Source of the DNA: Macrostomum lignano
Taxonomy: Eukaryota
NCBI GenBank assembly: GCA_002269645.1
Contig: NIVC01003728.1
Span: 16,219-80,218 of the forward strand
Direction: 5' to 3'
Length of the DNA: 64,000 nt
Below the pieces are notes generated by a model that saw nothing but the letters and a program-made list of their open reading frames with translations, made no database searches and was not told the DNA's origin. How positions within the stretch are numbered: the stretch's first letter is position 1; the number at the start of each line of letters is the position of its first letter. The translations under genes were made by a program, and so were the position numbers. Shown one piece after another: positions 57,601 through 64,000 of the stretch.

Positions 57601-58539
57601 CAATATTTATCTGCGCTGTTTTTTTCGACGCAACTTGCCATGCCTCAGTTCGACATGACACTTAGTGGTATCCGCGACTTGCTTTGCAAAGAGATGCGAT
57701 GACTGAGGCTGGAAGTGAAGACATGGATGTCGCGACTTTTTTTAGTCAATTCTTCAGTTCACCTTCACTTGTCTTTGTTTATTCTGATTTCTCTCCCTCT
57801 CTGTCTAGCTCAAATCTTGTTATTCTTTCTCTCTCCCTCGCTGCCTTCTGATTGGCTCTTCATTCTCGCCTCTTTCCTCAGTCTCGCACTCCATCCCTTG
57901 TCCTATCTTGCACCCAACCCCCACTCCCTAATTTTCAAAGAGTTAAATTCACCGCCAGACTTTGGACGCTTGTTTATTCAGTTTACGTAATGTTTATGTT
58001 GTTTAAAGCTGAAAGTGTTTCTTTTGATTGTCTTGTGTTTGTTTAGAATTTCCTATGTGGTTCTGCAAGTGGAACAGTAAGGAGAGAAAGTCCATAGACA
58101 ATTTTGGCTGACTGAATTGAAAGGGCTCTGTTTGAATATGAAAGAGAGAGTGTCTCAATCGAATTTCTGCAAGCACTGTGTTTCATAGACAGTGTCTGAA
58201 TTGCTGTTCCGATTGTTTGAATTGAAAGGGAGTTTGGTCATAATAGGCGGTAAAATGGTACAAGTACTCGCAGAAAAGCACCCGAAACTCAAACAAATCA
58301 ACCTTGAAAGTCCTTCCTTTTATATTTTCTTTCTCGTAAAAAACGTATAAGGGAAAACTAAAACCTTTATACTCGAATTGTGGTACGGGGCGTGCCCTCG
58401 ACGGCCGCAATGGCGCCGACCTAGAGGAATCGGATCGGATCGGATGAAATCGATGAAAATTTGAAGCTATGGATTTCACTCAGACAGATCTCTAGACACA
58501 TTCATTAGATTACGAGTTGCGCTCGCAATGCACGGGCAA

Positions 58540-58712
58540 CGTATTTTCCCTCAAATTGAAGCATAATATGCCTTTTAGCGATGGAACAGCATCGCATGTC
58601 AGTGCTCAAACGAGCGGTGGAGGCCGCGATGAATGTCATCACCCAACAGAAGTGCATTCAGTGGGTGAGCCATGCACACCGGAGGTTGTCTAGAGCTGGT
58701 CGACATCTGTGA
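58540..58712 (+). pseudogene. Possible C-terminal fragment of a Tc1/IS630-like transposase
   Basis: VLKRAVEAAMNVITQQKCIQWVSHAHRRL, followed by DICD in a shifted frame, resembles the C-terminal W-x-x-H...DIxCD segment of that family. Short and judged by eye only. Confidence 0.35.
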
Positions 58713-59649
58713 CTGAATGACAACCGACATCTCTCTTCATTTCAGTGGCTAATGTGTCTGTGTGCACATATGCTGTGTTCATCGCAGGTTTGGTTTGTCA
58801 ATTGCTCAAGCTGGGGTCGTGATGGGACATTGATAGGCGCGAGTTTCCCCGAGCAAAATACAGTATAGATTACAGTTTTGACAAACTGGATCGTAAAAAG
58901 GTATTTTATAATAAATTCCTACGTTTTCCAACTGTAGCCTAAAGCATTCATTTAAAAACGTTTTTTAGCAAGCATCAAAATGAAACCCAATATTTTGTTT
59001 ACACGAAGAGACTCCATGAGTTTCTACAACTGAGCGTGCTGTCAGTCACAGAGCAGCCCTTAAAGCTGATATAAGTGACTGGGATGTAACGAGCCTTTGA
59101 TGCTCTCGGAGGCCTCCAATTCTTGTTTCTCAAGCATCTACATGTAACTAAATCGGCGCTCGTCTTTCACATTGGCAGATAGTCTTTCGGCCTTGTTGCT
59201 GACCTTGAACTAAAAACGCCCCGGGTTGCTAGTTAAGAGAGGAGACGGGGCAGCTGAGTTGTTTATGCGCCTGACTCCGGCACCAGAGTACCCTGAATCA
59301 AAATCAGGGCTCGTGAATCAAAACTTGCTTGACATGTCTGACGATAAGAAAGTCAGGAACACTGAACACCCTTTGAGAGCGTATGCTTACTCGGCGTCAG
59401 CGGAATCGGCAGGGCTGCTTGCCTCGTGGCTCGTTGTGCGTCAACTGTCCACTTGATTATCGGCAGTTACTGTCACTTCTAGTACACCTGCTTTACCTTA
59501 TATTGAGTGAGGTGCGGGCTTGGGCCTATGTCGGATCCATCTCAGAATGCGTGTGTAAGAATGCTCATCATTCAGAATCGAAAGACTAGTGAAGAGCCCT
59601 ATGTCATTTCAAATACAGTCCAAAAAAACAAAACTCCAAAACTCAATGC

Positions 59650-60400
59650 GACGCACAAGTAAAAGAAATGCCCAGCAGACAATCAGCAAAGATTGAAGAC
59701 ACGAATTCCTTGGCTGCGCTGAATTGGTTTTTCTATTGTATACTTCCTGAGCTCCTCTCTGTGAAATCTGAAATACAGAGCTGATGGCTAGGCATATAAG
59801 ATCAATTGCTGAAATAATAAAAAGATGAAAAAAGGCCATGCTTAGTCTCAGGTTTAACGAATCGATGTTTTGGGAATAACTGATATCCTTGATATTGTCG
59901 ATTGGGTAGCTACTTTAAGCTAGCTATCTTGAATTTCTCGGCAGCCTCTTGACATTGAATAGTGGGGCTAAATCTTTTTTATCGATGTAGCCAATACCCC
60001 AGAATATTTGCTACACTTCATCCACAACTAATAAATAAACCAGAAGCTTTTCACTCATTTCCTTAATTTCCGAAGTAAAGCATCTTAGTAAATTCATAGT
60101 AAATTCACGCATCTAAATTCATGCAAACATCTTAGTAAAACATCTTTCTACTTTCTGTTCAGTAGCAAAGAGGAATAGATAAGCTATTTTATAAAAAAAG
60201 GCTGCTGAAGTGACTTCAATATGTTTAGAAGTCCAAGCTTGCAGGCACAAAACCTTGCTAATTGGTTCAGCAATAATGTACATTAGCCTGTCCACTGACA
60301 TGTACATGGCAGTTTTAGGCTGGAATCCGAGAAAGGCAATAAAAATTGGGGAGTGCAGATAGGTGCGGTTGGAGGGTTTAAGCTGGGGAGTAAGAGCCAA
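59650..60400 (-). pseudogene. Possible highly decayed RecQ-like (SF2) helicase sequence
   Basis: In one frame, broken by stops: IIAEPISKVLCLQ (motif Ia-like), LFLFATEQ, LLVVDEV*QIFWG (DEAH..WG-like). Further downstream: RSQGIRVF. Confidence 0.25.
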
Positions 60401-63052
60401 CAGTTATTGAGCCTTGGATTTGAAAAATACACTAAAATGCTTCTGTTTACTTGCTACTGAACTGAAAGTAGCTAACACGCGAATGTGCTGAGTGGTCCAT
60501 CTAGTTATTCTAGCATCCGTGGGTTCGGTCGGCGGTGCGGCCTTACGTTTCGCGCTCGGGAACTCGTATTGATTGCTTATATATGAATCTAAGAAGAACC
60601 TTGCTAGAATGATTCTATTTTTATGGATGGCACATAACTTCAAGCATAAATGGGCCATTTGTTTTATGCAATTACTTCTTTTAGGCATGTTGTGCGCGAC
60701 CTACGAAGAATTTTGCCATGAAACTTTTTCAGATTCTGTTTTGGCCATAGACAAAAGCTCGGAATCAATGAAAAGCAGAGTAAGAGTAATGCTGAGATGC
60801 TCTTATGCGTGCAAACATATACAAAACGGTGAAGTGGTGCACTGAGTAAGTATATTGATTGTATTCCAATAGCCAGCAGCAAGGCTTTACCTATCTGTAT
60901 GTCATGAGCTCTATGCACGCCGTACAGTTTCATTAACAAATTGACAAACTTTAGATTGTATTGCTTATGCAACAAAGATTCAAAGACTCAGTTTTAGCCA
61001 CAAAAACATTGTATCATTTTGAGGGTTTTTATGGGTCTACCAATGAAGCCAAATTGTGCATGTTTCGAGTGTCTATGGCCAAACCAAACTAACAAAAAAC
61101 TTTATTTATATAACATTATTAAAACAGTATGCAGCAAGGTATGAGTAAAGGAAAATAACAAGGAAACTTCAATAAAAATTTAAGTGAGCCAAAATATCAA
61201 AATATTCAATAGTCTGTAGTGTGAGCATCTTGCTTGAATTTCTGTTGTATTAATTTCTATTAGCTAAGTTGTTGTATTGTTAATAATTATTTTACTCTGT
61301 TTTAGTCACGCGTTTTCAAAGTACTTTTTAGTTAGAGTTTATTGTTGGTGTAAACAGGCCAAAACAACAGACGCAATTTCAAGTCAAGAGTGACTCAGCG
61401 GAGGGTCGACAGTTTTCCAGTGTACCCGGCTTTGCGCGGCCAGCCAATCACAATCGACCTGGACCCCTGGCACGCGGCAAAACAAGTTCTACCCGGCCTG
61501 AGAGAGCGCCGTGGGTTCAATGCAATCTGGATTAGCGAGCGGTCAGCCAGACACCCACCACCCGGCTTGAGGGGGGGTTTGGAAGTGACTATATATTATG
61601 AGAGTGTGTTTTGGCGGTCGGATCTCATTCTTCTGCCTCTTCTGTTTTCGGCTCCTCTGGTTTGTTCCATCTCCCGGCCGTCTGCCGTCTGCCATCTGCC
61701 GCGCTTTGAGGCGCTTATTCGAGTTGAGCCCCGATCTTTACTTTGTTCCCTTGCCCGACCGCAATAGCCTTGCTGGCGTAACACTCTCCATAACCTTGTC
61801 CAGAGAGTGTCGTTGGCAAGCGCGGTTTAGACAGGAACTGGCGGTTTTGACATAGTACGCGACGTCGATCCCGAGGGCCTCAGTGTTGCACTGAAGGGCA
61901 GATCTGGTAGAATTTGGCCAGAGATTCGCTGAACTGTTAATCCGTCAGGGTCCTAGCCTGAGAGTAGGCTTTGGGATTAGGCCAGTGTGTGTGTGGTTTA
62001 AGAACTTTCTCCGTGGTCCTTGTTCGGTTTCTCCTTCTTTTCCCGCTCACCAAGTTGCGTCAATCATACTTATATCAATTATTATCGTTCGAGTTTAACT
62101 GCGCTGCGAATTACGTTATTAAGAATTGTGTAACCTTATATTGATTAAATTAAAGTGTTCAAGTCTCGATTTATCAGTCATTCTTAACCTTAGGATTATC
62201 ACTCTCTAAATCTGCCTGGAATCGTTTTCAATCGTGTTCTTTATTTACCTGTACCGTACCTGCGACTATGGGAGAAAGTCTGGTAGGACTTGCCGACCGG
62301 CGATAGGCAAATAGGACTATTAGCTTTAAAATCTCCAAATGCTCCAATAATAGGTTTGTCTAGGGCCTAAACTATTTGCCGTATTGCATTTAATTCATCA
62401 CAAGTCGTTGGCTTTCAATTTGAAGATTGGAATTCGAAACGTTGATCCTCGATGATATATTGATTCCACGGACACGAAGTACGCTCGTAGGCAGCGAACT
62501 GAATAGCTCAAGCGGTAATCAATAAAGTAGGCGCATAAAATGCGCCATCAATCTTACAAACAAAAGCTTAGAAGATGACTAGATGTGACTAGATATTTTG
62601 AATGCCGGCTGTCGCCAGATTGCAGGAGTGGCTCTTGCGTGACAGAAACTCGCAAAACTTACGAAGCGCCCGATTTTCTTGCACAAGAACAGACTTCGGC
62701 GTATTGTCCAATATTGCATAAGATCCATCTCATTGAGCAGATCTCAATCCTGATCCAGATCCTGACTGAGTAAAAGCACCTCGAGTTCTTTCACGTCTAA
62801 TTGAGCCAGATCGTCCAACATGCTCTGCATAATTGACTCGCGCTGAATACGCTCGCCAATCTCAGCGGAGGAGGCACCTACCACGTCTCCTTGTGAATGT
62901 ACGAGTATAATAGACCACACCAATTCGTTCACCAGATGCCGCATCGTAGATCATGACGATGAGCTTTGGTATACACGGTCCAAATAAAAACAGATACAAA
63001 TATAGAATAGAATGAAAATCATTCCACTTAAGGCTGCTCAACACCAAGTTTA

Positions 63053-63136
63053 GACCATAGATATTTCGAGCGTGCAGCAATGCATCATTGTGCACGCTGA
63101 ACCAACTGATTGTTGCACGCTCAGATATCTATGGTC
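63053..63136. mobile_element. 84-bp miniature inverted-repeat element with GACCATAGATAT ends
   Basis: GACCATAGATATTTCGAGCGTGCAGCAAT ... ATTGTTGCACGCTCAGATATCTATGGTC, 27-bp spacer. Confidence 0.65.
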
Positions 63137-63974
63137 AAACGCCTTCAAAATCATACAATATCGTGAAGAACGGCTACTCGTGCACCAAATGTTTATGACC
63201 TTGGAGCTGCGCGCTCTCGGTATACATATTGATATTTTCATATTAACTATATTATACACATCAGGGACGAGGAGCCAGTAAGTAAACCAAAGGAAAAAAT
63301 GCAGCGAAGTTACTTGTAGTTTATGGAAAACCCGCCTGACGCGTTCACGGATTTAGCCTGAGCCAAGTGAATGATTAACGCGATGCAGATCATATAGTTC
63401 TACATTTATTATTGCTCTACCAACTTTCGAATCTTATAGGATTTCTAAGCAACCATACATGTGTTATGGCGGGAGCGTCAGATAAAACAGACGGTACGAA
63501 CAGCCAATCGAGCAGCTCTATCTACTACGTGTGCCTCTGATTGAACACCTGATTCAAGAGTCACTCCAGAAAGAGACATTTTCAAATGCAATCGATTGGC
63601 GAAGATTTGACCCACACCATCGTGCTGCTGGTCCAGCCGCCCTGCTGCTCATCTACATCTTCTTTGCAGCGATTTTCGTCTTTCGCCATCGGTCAGTCCT
63701 GATTCGCACGACTGTGAAGCCGCCTGAACGACAGAGCGCCAGGCGATTCGCTTTGAGGACATTATTGACACCGTGATTCGCTACCAGCAACTGATGGATG
63801 AAAGCAGGGCTGAAGCTTACAGAAGGCGTAGCATATCATAAAAACAAAACCTGCCATTTGTCATTGTGAGATTTTTACAAATGTTCCAATTAATTAGTAA
63901 ATATTTGGATCAGTTTGTAGCAAACGAATCAAGGTCTTTCAACGAAATCAATACAAATCAACTGACAGAGAAGG

Positions 63975-64000
63975 ACAGACAGGCAGACAGACAGACAGAC
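63975..64000. repeat. (GACA)n microsatellite at the window end
   Basis: GACAGACAGGCAGACAGACAGACAGAC. Confidence 0.85.

Noticed and set aside
61349-62410. Possible solo LTR (TG start, GC-rich body, AT-rich tail)
   Set aside because: No matching CA end with a TSD could be identified.

Overview
This is metazoan (invertebrate-like) nuclear DNA with short GT-AG introns and no prokaryotic features. The organism cannot be confirmed from sequence alone. Host genes: a ~16-exon type I membrane protein with 10 tandem CUB domains (1789-9502, +, one frameshift in CUB10), an intronless SREB/GPR85-like orphan GPCR (+), a GATAD1 homologue with no visible GATA zinc finger (-), and an intronless adenosine receptor (-). 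Most of the rest is transposon-derived: a Gypsy pol fragment, an intact hAT element with an 8-bp TSD, hAT-type MITEs, a tRNA-derived SINE family, Tc1 and DIRS/Ngaro relics, and several minisatellites. The centre of the window is a nested structure. A 19.1-kb LTR retroelement (1991-bp LTRs about 99.7% identical, 4-bp TSD, tRNA-Leu PBS, PPT) encodes only Gag and protease, joined by a probable -1 frameshift. Its 5' leader carries an 8.8-kb near-perfect palindrome (two ~4.38-kb arms, 69-bp apex spacer) with ACTACT...AGTAGT termini and a 6-bp TSD, and with no recognisable enzyme gene. This palindromic insertion is the most unusual feature. It may be a snap-back, non-autonomous derivative of a Polinton/Maverick-like element.
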